A stretch of DNA of 63,795 nucleotides, the filler included, from Reclinomonas americana ATCC 50394 (Eukaryota), in assembly GCA_048213135.1 (NCBI GenBank). It is 20 parts of 20 records of this genome, joined end to end, with 100 filler letters (N's around TTAATTAATTAA, not from the genome) between each part and the next. Parts side by side here need not be neighbours in the genome. Positions count along the whole stretch, not along the records: positions 1 to 7,166 come from AFZH01020712.1; positions 7,267 to 9,981 come from AFZH01020713.1; positions 10,082 to 11,395 come from AFZH01020714.1; positions 11,496 to 14,009 come from AFZH01020716.1; 16 more parts are not named here. One strand, written 5' to 3'. Shown piece after piece: positions 1 to 12,132 of this stretch. The translations under genes were made by a program, and so were the position numbers. The number at the start of each line of letters is the position of its first letter. Position 1 is the stretch's first letter. The notes beneath the pieces are model-generated. The model was not told where the DNA came from. It did not search any database and saw nothing but the letters and a program-made list of their open reading frames with translations.

Positions 1-177
1 CCGGTCCGTCCGCTTCGTCGCTCTCTCTCGTCCGTCTCGCTCGTCGCTCTCTCTGTTCCGTCCTCGCTGTCGCTCTCTCTCGTCCGCTCGCTCTCGGTCG
101 TCTCTCGCTCCCTCCTCCCTCCTCCCTCCTCCCTCCTCTCTCTCTCTCTCCATCTCCCGCCTCATCAAACAACAAAC

Positions 178-2858
178 CTTGGAATGATCAGCCGTCTCCT
201 TGAACTCATCTCCGCTCAAATTCATCGCGGACACATTCTCCACCGTGTATGTGTTGCACTCGGTGCCGTCGGGACCATTCGGGCAGCACGAGTCGCGCTG
301 TGAATGCAAAGGTAAGCCACACGCACCAGTAAACTCTCTCATCCTTACGCCTCACACGCAACATGCGGGCGCATCCATGTCTCCACCAGCAGATTGTCCT
401 GCAGGTACGGTGCCACCAACTCGGCGTACAGATCCTTGCCCCAGTTGCGGCTCTTGGCGAACGACACCAGTGCCTCGCCAGTGACGGCGCGGAGAGTGAC
501 CACGCGCGTCATTTGCGACGACTCTTGCCCGCTGGCCACCTTGGACAGCGTTGGCGCAATGTGCTGCACGGCCGGCGGCACTTGCGACGAGTACACTTGC
601 GGGTAGTCGATCAGCAGCTGCTCGGCAATGCTCTCCAGTTGGTCAATACCTGTGGTGGGATGGAGGTGAGCGACCAGGAGGCGATTGAAGAGTGAAGTGA
701 GCAGAGGGCGGACGCACCAAAGGTGAGGCACGAGAAGCTCTGGCCGTAGATGGTCTGCGGCGAGGGGTAGTAGTAGCTGCGAGAAAAAGGAGTGAGCGAA
801 TGGAGAGTGGGGCAGCACGCGTGAGATGAACAGACCTGGCCGACGGGTCGGGGAACTTGGGCACCGAGTGGAGCAGCCAGAAACCGCCGTCGGTGGAGAA
901 TGCCAGCAGTCCCTGGTGGTGCAACATGGTCGTAAGCCACTGGGTGCATGATACCGACATTCATAGCTCACGACTCACCTTGGCGTGTCCGAACGTGCTG
1001 CTGACCTTGCCCGACGGCTCCTCGTCGTTGTACATGATCCATCCGACGGTGCTGTTGGTCTGCTGCTGCAGTAGAGCGTTGATGGTGGCGCCGACGGCGC
1101 TGCTCGTGGAGCCCAGCTCGTTGTTGCTGAACTGAGGACATGGTTAATCACAAAGGACCGAGGATGAAGGGGAGTTCGGGGCCAGAGACACAACTTGGAA
1201 GGTTCCATTGGGATTGAGGAACGGCAGGTAGGCCATCTTTGCAGAGCCGGCGGGCTTGAGGGCGACCCAGCCGCCGACGGGGTGACTGGGGGTATAGGGG
1301 GTAAGAAGGGAAAGGGGCGATGAGGACGGAGGAGAGGAAAGGGGGATGGAAAGGATAGAGGGGAAGGGAGACGACAAACACAAGCTTTACGCTGTCGAAG
1401 TGCTCTGCTCTGCTGCTGTCGCTGTGCTCTGCTCTGCTGCTGTCACTGTACTCAGCTGTCGCTGTGCTCTGCTCTGCGCCGCTGTCGCTGTGCTGCTCTG
1501 CTCTGCGCCGCTGTCGCTGTGCTGTCTCTGTGCTCGGCTGCGCTCGGTTGCCTCTGTGCTCTGCTGCGCTGCGGCTGTCGCTGTGCTGCTGTCGCTGTGT
1601 CGCTGTGCTCCGCTGTCGCTGTGTCGCTCTGCTCTCTGCTGTCGCTGTCGCTGTCGCTGCCGCTGTCGCTGTCGCTGTGCTCTGCGCTGTCGCTGTGTTG
1701 TCGCTGTTCTGCTCTGCTCTGCTCCGCTGTGCTGCTCTGCTCTGCTCCGCTGTGCTCTGCGCTGTCGCTGTGTCTGCTCCGCTCTGCTCCGCTGTGCTGC
1801 TCTGCTCTGCGCCGCTGTCGCTGTCGCTCTGCTCAGCTGTCGCTGTCGCTGTCGCTCTTCTCAGCTGTCGCTGTCGCTGTCGCTCTTCTCAGCTGTCGCT
1901 GTCGCTCTGCTCTGCTCTGCTCCGCTGTGCTCTGTGCTGTCGCTGTCCCTCTGCTCTGCTCCGCTGTGCTGCTCTGCTCTGCTCCGCTGTCGCTCTGCTC
2001 TGCTCTGCTGCTGTCGCTGAGCTCAGCTGTCGCCGTGTCGCTGTGCTCTGCTCTGCTCCGCTGTGCTGCTCTGCTCTGCTCCGCTGTGCTGCTCTGCTCT
2101 GCTCCGCTGTGCTGCTCTGCTCTGCTGCGCTGTCGCTGTGCTCTGCTGCGCTGTCGCTGTGCTCTGCTGCGCTGTCGCTGTGCTCTGCTGCGCTGTCGCT
2201 GTGCTCTGCTGCGCTGTCGCTGTGCTCTGCTGCGCTGTCGCTGTGCTCTGCTGCGCTGTCGCTGTGCTCTGCTCTGCTGCTGTCGCTGTGCTCTGCTCTG
2301 CTGTGCTGCTCTGCTCTGCTGTCGCTGTGCTCTCTCTCTCTCTCTCTCACATACACTATCACTCACGCATTCTTCCTTGCACGCTCACTTGCTCTCATAT
2401 TTCTCACACTCACTTTCTCTCACTCTCACGAACATCGACACCCCACACTCTCACAACAATCACACACACCGAGAAGAGACACACAAAGAGTCATGTGCGC
2501 CCTCGGAAAAGCGCGAAAAAACACATTGCCAAAAGGGGGAATCACGCAATCATGACGCACGCACTCCCTTGCACCACACGCAAGCACACACCATGACACT
2601 CGCACACATCCACTCAATCAAGCACGCGCGTGCACAATCACTCATTCACAATTTTGGACGTGATGCGAAGATGCTCAAGTGCAACAGTGATAAACAAGAA
2701 AACGCTTGCTCTCACTCACTCTCACACACACTCTCTCTCTCTCTCTCTTTCACTCACCCATCACCATCCGCGCGGCAGCTCATGAACGGGAACGCCGCCA
2801 GTGCGCAAGAGGCACACAACAACAGCACAAAGAGTGCAATGGAGATGCGCCGGAACAT
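178..2858 (-). CDS. DNASE2: Deoxyribonuclease II family protein (secreted/lysosomal acid DNase), multi-exon; 3' end runs off the window
   Basis: Exon 1 (2858-2758) reads MFRRISIALFVLLLCASCALAAFPFMSCRADGD (signal peptide) and splices to HPVGGWVALKPAG. Later exons give WIMYNDEEP..STFGHAK/GLLAFSTDGGFWLLHSVPKFP, YGQSFSCLTF, SFAKSRNWGKDLY..VETW and ETADHSK. Both HxK catalytic motifs are present and introns are GT-AG. Confidence 0.93.
1390..2345. repeat. Degenerate (GCTCT/GCTGT/GCTGTC)n microsatellite filling DNase II intron 1
   Basis: Directly visible; it produces the spurious Cys/Ala/Leu-rich ORFs in the track. Confidence 0.95.
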
Positions 2859-3050
2859 GATACAAACTGCTCTCTTCTTGCTCTCAGTCACTCACTCACT
2901 CGATCAAACAAAGAAGCACAGAACAGAGACACACACAGACGCGCACACTGCGATGATGAGAAACAGAGTGGGGGTAGGGTCTACAATCCACCAATGACTC
3001 ATCATCACGCCCACTCTCCCGCACTTCTCATCAGTTTCTCCTGTATCTCA

Positions 3051-6000
3051 TCAGCTGGTGCCACTGCCGGTGACTGGCGCCTGCCCACTGCTGCCAGTGC
3101 TGCCACTGCCGTGCGTGCGATGACGGCGTTGCCACCACGAGCGACCGTGGCGCACGTGCTTGCCGGGCGCGGGTTTCTTCACCAGCTCCTCCTCCGCTTC
3201 CTCCTCCTCCAAGCCGGTATTGTCGCCCTTGACGGGCACATCGGCGGCGGTCTTGGCGCCGGGAATGTCAAAGGGAGAGGTCGACGGTGGCAAGCCGGCC
3301 TCTGTCTGCTTTTCCGTGGTGCCGCCGTGGTGGCGGCGGCGGCGATGGGACGGTGCGCCCGAGACCTCGATGGGCGGCGACTTTTGCGGTCGCGAGGCCG
3401 ACACGCCCTGGAAGGCGCCGCGGTGCTCGGCGCGCTCCTGCAGGTTCTGCACGGAGGTGCCGAGGAGGCGCGAGGCGGCTTGCGTCGGCAGGAGGAACCA
3501 GCAAAAGTCGGCAAAGTCGCTGTTCATCTCCGGGTCGAGGTGCTCAAAGGCGACGTCGCGGATCACTTTTTCGACGATCGAGGGGGCAGAGTCGAAGAGC
3601 TGTGTGGAGGGGAAGGTGAGGGAGAAGGGAAAGAGAGGAGAAGGAAGGGAAAAGGGGGAAAGGGAAAGAGAGGAGAAGGGAAAGGTGAAGAGAGGAATGG
3701 GTTGGTGAGAGGCTGGCTTTCTTTGCTTTTCAACTTCTTCAATGTTCCTATATTACGTCTAGTTCCGATCCCTCTTCGTCTCCTTTCTTGTTCTTCCAAT
3801 GGTTGGTCTTGTTGTTACTGATGTTGAACGTTTCTCTGTCGGTCTCTTTTTCTCTCCTCCTCTTCTTGTTCTTTTTCTTTCTCTCGCACGCGCGTGCGCG
3901 TGCGCTCTCACATCTCCTCCGCCTCCGCCTCCGCCTCTTCTCCTTGTTCTTCTTTCTTTCTCTCGTACAGCGCTCCCGCTTCTCCTCCACCTCTTCTTCT
4001 TGTTCTTCTTTTTTCTCTCGCACGCGCGTGCGCGTGCGCTCTCACATCTCCTCCGCCTCCGCCTCCTCCTCGTTTTTTTGTTCTTCTTTCGCTCGCACAC
4101 GCGCTCTCGCTTCTCCTCCATCTCTGCCTCCTCCTCGTTTTCTTGTTTGATTTTCTTTCTCTCGCACCGCGCTTCCGCTTCTCCTCCATCTCTGCCTCCT
4201 CCTCGTTTGCTTGTTTTTCATTCTCTCGCACGCGCGTGCGCGTGCGCTCTTGCCTCTCCTCTGCCTCCTCCTCGTTTTCTTGTTCTTCTCACGCGCGTGC
4301 CTCTCGCCACCTCTTCTTCTTGATCTTCTATCTTTCTCTCGCACGCGCGTGCGCGTGCGCTCTCCTTTCTCCTCCACCTCTGCCTCCACCTCTTCTTCTT
4401 GTTCTGATTTCATTCTCTCGCACGCGCGTGCTCGTGCGCTCTCACATCTCCTCCGCCTGTGTCTTCTCCTCGCCTTCCTCGTCGTCTTCTTCTTCTTTCA
4501 CATCGGTTGTCGTTGTCTCAGTCTGTTGCATAAACCAGCTGGCTTATTGCAGGCCGCGAAAAAGAAGCACACCAACAAGAGCACAACCTTCTCTGCCGCT
4601 GCCCGGATCGACCTCTCATTAATCCTCATCCCCACCTCCTCAGCTTCTTGTTGTTCTCCATTCCTCTGTCTCTCTTGCACTCATTCAAAACCTTGTTCTT
4701 GTCTTATCTCGCTCTCTATCGCAATCTCTCCTGTTCTCTACATCTTCTTCATCTTCTTCTCTTTCTTCTTCTTCCTTCCTCTCTACTACTCTTCTTCTCT
4801 CTCTCTCTCTCTCTCTCTATCTTCTTGTCTCTCTCTCTCTCTCGCTCTCTCTCCCTCCCTCTCCCCCCTTTCCCTCTCCCTCTCCCTTTCCCTCCCTCAC
4901 CCTTTCCCTTTCCCCCCACGCACCTCCCGCGCAAACGCCAGATTATCGCGATACCAATCGCGCTTGTCGACCTCCTGTCGGCGCAGCGAGCTGCCACTGG
5001 CGCCGCTGGCGCTGACGTGGGAAACACTGAACGGGAACTGCAGTCCGTCGTCCGTGAATTTCACATCGGTGAGGCGGAGCAGGTTTTCCTCGGTGCGTTC
5101 GCGGTGCGTCCAGCGTCCGGTGGCGGTGTCCAGGGTGTAGAGCGGAAGGAGTCTGAGCGGAGGAAGTATGAGGAACGCTCAACAGTGAGAGAAGTATTGG
5201 AAATGCGCAACTTCCACCCATCACGCGCCACCATGTCGACAGCCTGCGTACACCACCCCTCGTCAGCCGACGAGAGAAAAATCCTTCTGCACATGCAACG
5301 CACCTGCACAATGTACTCAAACGTGTCGGGCTTCTCCATGGAGCCAGATGTGGCGATGAAATAGTTGAAGCTCAGGCTGCGGGTGGGAGTGAGTGGAGGA
5401 AGAAGGCAAATGACATCTTCGAACATGCACGCACCGGATCCAACCCATGGCAACGCCGCCGAACTTCTCGGCCACGATCAGATGCTCCAGTCTGCGAGAT
5501 CCTTCCTGCGGAGGAACACAAGTCAGATGAAGCTTTAGAGAGTGTTGTGCACACAACCAACCTCGTCAATGCCGAGCAACTGGTCGCCATACAGTGCTGC
5601 ATGCAACGAGTCAGCACCTGCACATCGCAGTGAGACATGCGAAAACTCACCAGCCGAATCCAGTCCGCCGCGCGTCTGGATGCCGAAAATGTCTGCACTC
5701 GCGAGTCAGCACACAGCAGATGACATAACCATAGCACCAACAAACCATTCAGCAGCGCCGCCACAAAGTCGTGATGAATCAGCATCTTGTCGGTCATCGC
5801 ATCCTTGACGATGAAGCTGACAATGGCCAGGCGCGGTGCGTCCTCCTGGCCGAGAACCTTGATCTGCAGCCGCACAGAAATCAGAATTTAGCGAATGCAA
5901 AACGAGTGACGACAGCGACGGACCTGCTCGTTGCGGCGCCAGAAACGCATCGCCGACTGCATCAGCATGTGCTCACGCTCCTCAATGACGGCCGGCGTGA

Positions 6001-9000
6001 CGGTGGCCTTGAGCTGGAACGCCAGGCCCGCGCGAATGGCACCGATTGTGTCCGGGGTGCCAGCTGTCATACGGTGTTGGAAATAACTGGCGGATTGCAT
6101 TCCGCCCGCATGTATAACTTGCCTTCTTCGCGATGCTCAATATCGTCCGTGTAGTCCACCAGGTCACCTGTGCAGGCAGTCGGCAGTCAGCACAGAGGTG
6201 AGATGGAGACAAGGACAAGTAAAACGTACCGCGCCCGACGTACGTCGCGGTGCCGCCGCCTGGCGAGGTGGGAATGCTGTTGGAGACGACCTGGCGCTTC
6301 ACAATCAGCACGCCGGGGGTGCTCGGTGCGCCAATGAGCTTGTGCGGGGAGATGAACACGGCGTCCTTTTCCAGCAGTTCGTCGGTCCAGCGGTCCTCCG
6401 GAACGATGCTGATGAGGGGAAGAGAGAAAGGAGAAGGGATTGAGGGGGTGGGATGGAAAAGGTTGATTGAAGAATAAGGAAAGAGGAGAAAGCAAAGACG
6501 CGAGAAAGGAAGATGATGAGAGAGAGGGAATGAGAGAGATGAAAGAGATAGAAAAGAGTGAAAGCTACAAGAGAAAGGTGACGAAGTAAAAGCACAACAC
6601 TCCCCCTTTCAGTTTTCGCAAGAAAAGAGATTCAGCACTATCGTGAGAGAGACGGACAATCGTGTCTCTTGAACGAGTGACGGCAAGAGGATAGCGAGAG
6701 AGTGCAGCGTTTGGAGGAGAACAAGACCTGTTGTCACCGCGCTTCGTCTCCCGCGCCACCGGGTTCATGTCTGTGAATGCGGACGATGAGCATCAAAGGC
6801 AGCGAGCTAGTGTCGGCAACACAAACGCACTGATATCCATGTAAGGGGTGTTGGCGGCCACATCCCAGAAGGCCAGGGCGCCGTGCATGTGGAGGATGGC
6901 GGTGATCTCGTCGACGTTGGTGCGGATGCCGGTGACATTCGAGGCGGCGCAGAAGGAGCCGATCTGGCAGAGGAGAAGGGTGGGGAGAAGGGGGCGAGAG
7001 AGGAATGAGGACAAGGGAGAGAGAGAGGACTGAGGGCAAAAGAGAGAGAGGAATGAGGACGAGGTGGGGGACCTAGGTATGAGGACAATGGGCAAAGAGA
7101 AGAATTAGGACAAGGAGAGAGAAATGAAGAGAGATGAGAGAGAGAGAGTGGAATGAGGGCACGAAANNNNNNNNNNNNNNNNNNNNNNNNNNNNNNNNNN
7201 NNNNNNNNNNTTAATTAATTAANNNNNNNNNNNNNNNNNNNNNNNNNNNNNNNNNNNNNNNNNNNNCGAGAGAGAATGAAGAGAGATGGGAAATGAAGAG
7301 AGACGAGAAATAAAGAGAGATGAGAGAGAGAAATGAGAGAGAAAGAAATGACAAGACGAGATTGAAGAAAAAGACAGAGCAGAGCACAGAAGAATCGAAG
7401 AATCAAAAGTCAATTGGTGAAGAAAAAGCCATGCAAACTGCAACAAGCGATCAGAACAGAAAACGAAGAATAAAGGAGCGCCGACGATCCAGAGAAAAGA
7501 AAAAGCGAACGGAGATAACAGGCAACGGAAGCGAGCCGAGCAGCACATGAGAAGGACAATCTTAACAGCACCTTGAGCGGTCGCTCGGCATACTTGGTGA
7601 GCGCGGCCTCCAAGTGGCGCTCATTGATGAAGCCCGTGTGCGGGTCCTCGTCGATAATCACCACCTCGCAAATCGACTCGCGCCATGGCAGGAAGTTGCT
7701 GTTGTGCTCTGCGACGAGGAAGAGTGAGCGCACGCCAAGAGGACATCTGATCTGTGAAAGCAGCGCACCATGCGGTCCGAGGAACACCACGGGCCGCTCG
7801 TTCCGCGGAATGTGCTCACTCAGGCGGTAGTGCTCGTCGAGGTCGCGAGGCATCGACAGGTTGAGGATGCGAATGAGCTTCAGGATGGCAGCCGTGGCAC
7901 CAAAGCCCGTGAAGATGAGGCAGTCGTCCTCCTGCCAATCACGTGAGCGTGGGGGAGGGTGAAGAGATCTGGTGTCACGGTCACGAAACGTTGCAGTGAA
8001 AGTCGCGCTTGATAATGTCGCGGGCGTCTTCGCGGAAGCGTCGGCTTTGCAGGGCCGTGGACGAGAGGTCGGTGTGGGTGTTGGCGTAGAAGGGCAGCAC
8101 TGGGGGGAAGAAGGGGGAGAAGGGGGTGAGAAGGGAAAGGGGGTGAAAAAGGGAAAGGGGGTGAAAAGGGAAAGGGAGTGAACGGAAACGGGGTGAAAAG
8201 GGAAAGGGGGTTAAAAGGGAAAGGGGGTGAAAGGAAAGGGGGTGAAGGGAAAGGGGGTGAAGGGAAAGGGGATGAAGGGAAAGGGGATGAAGGGAAAGGG
8301 GATGAAAGGAAGGAGGTAAAGGGAAAGGGGATGAAGGGAAAGGGGATGAAGGGAAAGGGGATGAAGGGAAAGGGGGTGAGAAAACAGGGAAGCAGGAGAA
8401 AGGAAGCAGGGAAAGGGGGAGAAACGAAACAGGCGACCAACAAATAAAGACGGAAGCGGGGGAAGTGCAAATGCAGAAACAGAATAAATGTGAAGAAGGG
8501 GAACACAAGAAAGGGAAGGAGGAGGGCAGGGAGAGTGAAGAGAGAGAAAGACGCGCATCAGGGAGATTTGCATACCGTTCTGGAGAATGAAGTCCTCGAT
8601 GCACTTGAGGCTGCGGCCGGAAGCGATGTAGTCGGCATACGTGATCTGTGGATCGGTGGAGAGATGAATGGAGGCAAGGGAGAGGAGGCAAGGTAGGAGA
8701 AAGGCAGAGAAGGCCTGGGAGAGGAGGCCGTGGAGAGGAGGCAACGGGAGAGGATGCAAGGGAGAGGATGCAAGGGAGAGGGTGCAAGGGAGAAGAGGCA
8801 AGGGAGAAGAGACAAGGGAGAAGAGGCAGGGGGAGAAGAGGCAGGGGGAGAGAAGGCAGGGGAAGGCAGAAGGAGAGAAGGCAAGGGAGAAGAGGCAAGA
8901 GAACACGTAAGAGAGAGTATACAAGAGAGAGGAAACAAGGCCGAGGATGCAAGGGAAAGGAGAAGGGAAAGGAGGTACGGGTATGCAGGCAAGCGAAGGA

Positions 9001-9456
9001 GAGGAGAGCAAGGGAGAGGAGAGCAAGGAAGAGGAAGCAAGGAAGAGGAGGCAAGGGAGAGGATGCAAGGGAGAGATACAAGGGAGAGACGGCAAGGGAG
9101 AGAAAGCAGCAGAGAATGCAAGGAAGATATGAAGATGAACCGGAGCGTGTCAAGATCATCATGCAGGAGAATCATTCCCACACCACTGCCGTCGGAGTCG
9201 ACTGCAAGCAAGCACAACAGAGCATGCTGCCTCCACCATCGCCTTTCCCGTCGCTTCCCACTCACCAGTTTGTCACCAAACGGCGTGTTGACAAACACAT
9301 CCTCGCCAAACAAATTGGAGCGAATGAACGCAAACAGACGCTCGCCCTTGGCAGCCTGCAAACACACACACGTCACACGCAGAAGAGTGAGAAAGTAAGA
9401 GAACAGTGCAATAAAACGCAAAATGCACAAAGGCATACCAATCCTGTGTCACTCAT
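3051..9456 (-). CDS. Class-V PLP-dependent aminotransferase / cysteine-desulfurase-like protein, many exons, spans the gap at 7167
   Basis: Spliced motifs: MSDTGL|AAKGERLF..NTPFGDK, YADYIASGR, LPFYANTHT, IFTGFGATAAI, PVVFLGPH|EHNSNFLPWRE, GSFCAASNVTG, FWDVAANTPY, VFISPHKLIGAPSTPGVL (PLP Lys), PGGGT, AGTPDTIGAIRAGLAFQLK, RLAIVSF, FGIQTRGG, MGWIR|LSFNY and WFLLP. Stop at 3051-3053. Confidence 0.92.
3800..4900. repeat. Intronic degenerate tandem repeat with recurrent TCTCGCACGCGCGTGCGCGTGCGCTC motif plus (CT/CTT)n tracts
   Basis: Motif recurs at about 3882, 4016, 4224, 4337 and 4416. Confidence 0.85.
7167..7266. other. Artificial 100-nt scaffold linker (N44-TTAATTAATTAA-N44); first of 19. Others start at about 9982, 11396, 14010, 15749, 18102, 27412, 31003, 34292, 36271, 39122, 40894, 45243, 48108, 53647, 55221, 58154, 59804 and 61339
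   Basis: Identical spacer with stops in all six frames. Confidence 0.99.
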
Positions 9457-9588
9457 TGCGCAGCGGATGAAGACAAATGGATGAGCATTCGTATGAGCAT
9501 CCACAGCGATTCATTCGTGCCGACAAGAATCCATTGGCGAACAGTAGCGCGACGTTCACCACAGGACACACTCCTTTCTTTCCCCATC
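9457..9588. promoter_or_regulatory. Probable bidirectional promoter (132 bp) between the desulfurase-like and OsmC genes
   Basis: Divergent inferred start codons at 9456 (-) and 9589 (+). Confidence 0.55.
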
Positions 9589-10555
9589 ATGCTGCACCAG
9601 CTCGCTCGTCGCCTGTTCTCGTCGCCTTCCTCCAAGAACGTGATTGAGAGCATTCCGGAGCGGTATCGGCGGTTTGTGAATGTGACGGGCGAGTCGGCGG
9701 GAGTGACGTCGCGGGTGTTGTGTTTGAGTCGGCACGGTGGGCGGGATCATGTGGTGACGGTGGATGAGCCGGAGCGGTTGGGCGGGAAGGATGAAGGTCC
9801 GACGCCGTTGCAGTTTTGCTTGTCGGCGTTGATCGGGTGTGAGACGGTGAATAGGGAGAGGGGAGGGAGAAGGGAGAAGGGAGAGAGGGAGAAGTGAGAG
9901 AGGAGAGAGGAAGAGAGAGAGAGGAGAATGCAAGCAAGGCAGAGCGAGATGAAATGAACACAGATTGATAATTGCTTGTACNNNNNNNNNNNNNNNNNNN
10001 NNNNNNNNNNNNNNNNNNNNNNNNNTTAATTAATTAANNNNNNNNNNNNNNNNNNNNNNNNNNNNNNNNNNNNNNNNNNNNAGAGAGAGAGAGAGGAGAG
10101 TGCATGATAGCAAGCAAGTCACTGACATGGCATGACCTTAAGAGAACGGACAACGGAAGAGGAGTGAGCCACAGAATGAGAACGTGCTTGTGGGAGAGCG
10201 TCAGAGAGAGAGAGAGAGAGAGAGAGTGTGTGTGTGTGTGTGTGAGAGAGAGAGGGAGAGGAAAGCAAGCAGAGCAGCACGCGATATAGAGAACGAGATC
10301 GGAGAAAGAAACAAGAGTGCGAGACTGAAGAGATGGATCGGAGATAGAGAGGCACACATTCAGAGCAGCACGTGAGTGCATGCAGGAGAGGAAGACTGAG
10401 AGGGATCGAGAGAAGATGGTGACGAGCAGGAAAGAGCGAGCTGGATGGATATGACGACTTGCGAGTCTGAAGGATAGTGATTGCGCAGGCGACTTGTCAC
10501 TCGGTGGCGAAGGCCATGGGCATTCAGTACAAGGACATCAAGTGGTCGGCGGAAG
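9589..10555 (+). CDS. OsmC/Ohr family protein, probable mitochondrial presequence; partial (3' exons lost in gap)
   Basis: Exon 9589-9846 reads MLHQLARRLFSSPSS...HVVTVDEPERLGGKDEGPTPLQFCLSALIGCET. Exon 10489-10555 reads ATCHSVAKAMGIQYKDIKWSAE. The DEPxxxGGxxxGPxP..LxxC signature is present. Confidence 0.88.
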
Positions 10556-10619
10556 GTGAGGGGAGAGGGAAAGAGGGTTGGGGAAGGGAGCCTGCTTCTT
10601 GTTGCCCTGCTTGTCTCTC

Positions 10620-11395
10620 TACTTCGCTCGGTGCGTTCCTCCCTCTCTCGCTGCTTCGCTCGGTGCGTTCCTCTCTCTTCCTCTCTTGCTGCTGCGCTCG
10701 GTGTGTTCCTCACTCTCTCGCTGCTGCGCTCGGTGCGTTCCTCCCTCTCGCTGCTGCGCTCGGCGTGTTCCTCACTCTCTCGCTGCTTTGCTCGGTGCTT
10801 TCCCTCATTCTCTTGCTGTAACGCTCAGCGCGTTCCTCCCTCTCTCTCGCTGCTTCGCTCAGCGCGTTCCTCCCTCTCTCTCTTGCTGCTTCGCACTGTG
10901 CGGTCCTCCCTCTCGCTGCTTTGCTCGGTGCATTCCTTCCTCTCTCGCTGTTGCGCTCGGTGCGTTCCTCCCTCTCTCTCTCTGCTTCGCTCGGTGCGTT
11001 CCTCCCTCTTTCTCTGCTTCGCTCGGTGCGTTCCTCCCTCTCTCGCTGCTGCGCTCGGTGCGTTCCTCCCTCTCTCTCGCTGCTCGGTGCGTTCCTCCCT
11101 CTCTCTCTCGCTGCTTCGCTCGGTGCGTTCCTCCCTCTCTCTCGCTGCTGCGCTCGGTGCGTTCCTCCCTCTCTCTCGCTTCTTCGCTCGGTGCGTTCTT
11201 CCCTCCCTCTCTCGCTGCTTCGCTCGGTGTGTCTCCCTCTCTGCTGCGCTCGGTACGTTCCTCCCTCTCTCTCGCTGCTGCGCTTGGTGCGTTCCTCCCT
11301 CTCTCTCGCTGCTGCGCTCGGTGCGTTCCTCCCTCTCTCTCTCTCTCTCCCTCCCCTCCCTCTCTCTCTCTCTCTCTTCTACTCGTCTCTCTACG
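10620..11395. repeat. Intronic ~35-bp minisatellite (GCTGCTTCGCTCGGTGCGTTCCTCCCTCTCTCTC)n
   Basis: About 20 degenerate copies visible. Confidence 0.95.
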
Positions 11396-11495
11396 NNNNN
11401 NNNNNNNNNNNNNNNNNNNNNNNNNNNNNNNNNNNNNNNTTAATTAATTAANNNNNNNNNNNNNNNNNNNNNNNNNNNNNNNNNNNNNNNNNNNN

Positions 11496-11574
<79 letters not shown>

Positions 11575-11732
11575 TGTGTGTGGGTGTGAGGCAAAGGAAA
11601 TAGAGTGAAAGAAACGAGCGGGCGGATGAGCAAGCGCATGCATTCACGTGACAGTGTGCATGTATGCGCATGAGAGAGAGAGAGAGAAAGTGAGTGAGAG
11701 GAAGAGAGGCGGAGGAGCACAAACCTGCAAGC

Positions 11733-12097
11733 ATGACCCAAGAGAATCGGAGGGACAGACCGACGACGCGAGCGCCATCTGTCTCCCATCGTCCCGACAG
11801 CGTGCGCGTGAGAGCAATGGTCGGCAAGCAGCAAGCAGCAACAGCAGCAACAACAGCGCAAAAACCGCCGCCGACCGACGGCAAAGGCACGCTGTCGTCT
11901 TCATTGTCTTCGTCATCGTCATCGTCATCATCGTCGTCATCGCCACCGGCGTCGCCGTTGACCGAATCGGGTGTGCGCATGTCGCATCGAGCCAAGCTGG
12001 TGACGGCGGTGTTGTTGGCGTTGTTGTTGTTGACGTTGTCGTACTTGGCGTTGCCGCCGATTGAGTCGTTGCGTGGTGGAGAAGGAGAAGAGAGAAA

Positions 12098-12132
<35 letters not shown>

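Noticed and set aside
1346..2997. Long overlapping Cys/Ala/Leu-rich ORFs, and similar ones at 3759-5140, 7880-9484, 10481-11451, 13185-14065, 27456-28205, 32993-34073 and 43562-44971
   Set aside because: Stop-free translations of microsatellite-rich non-coding sequence, mostly inside introns of genes defined by real exons.
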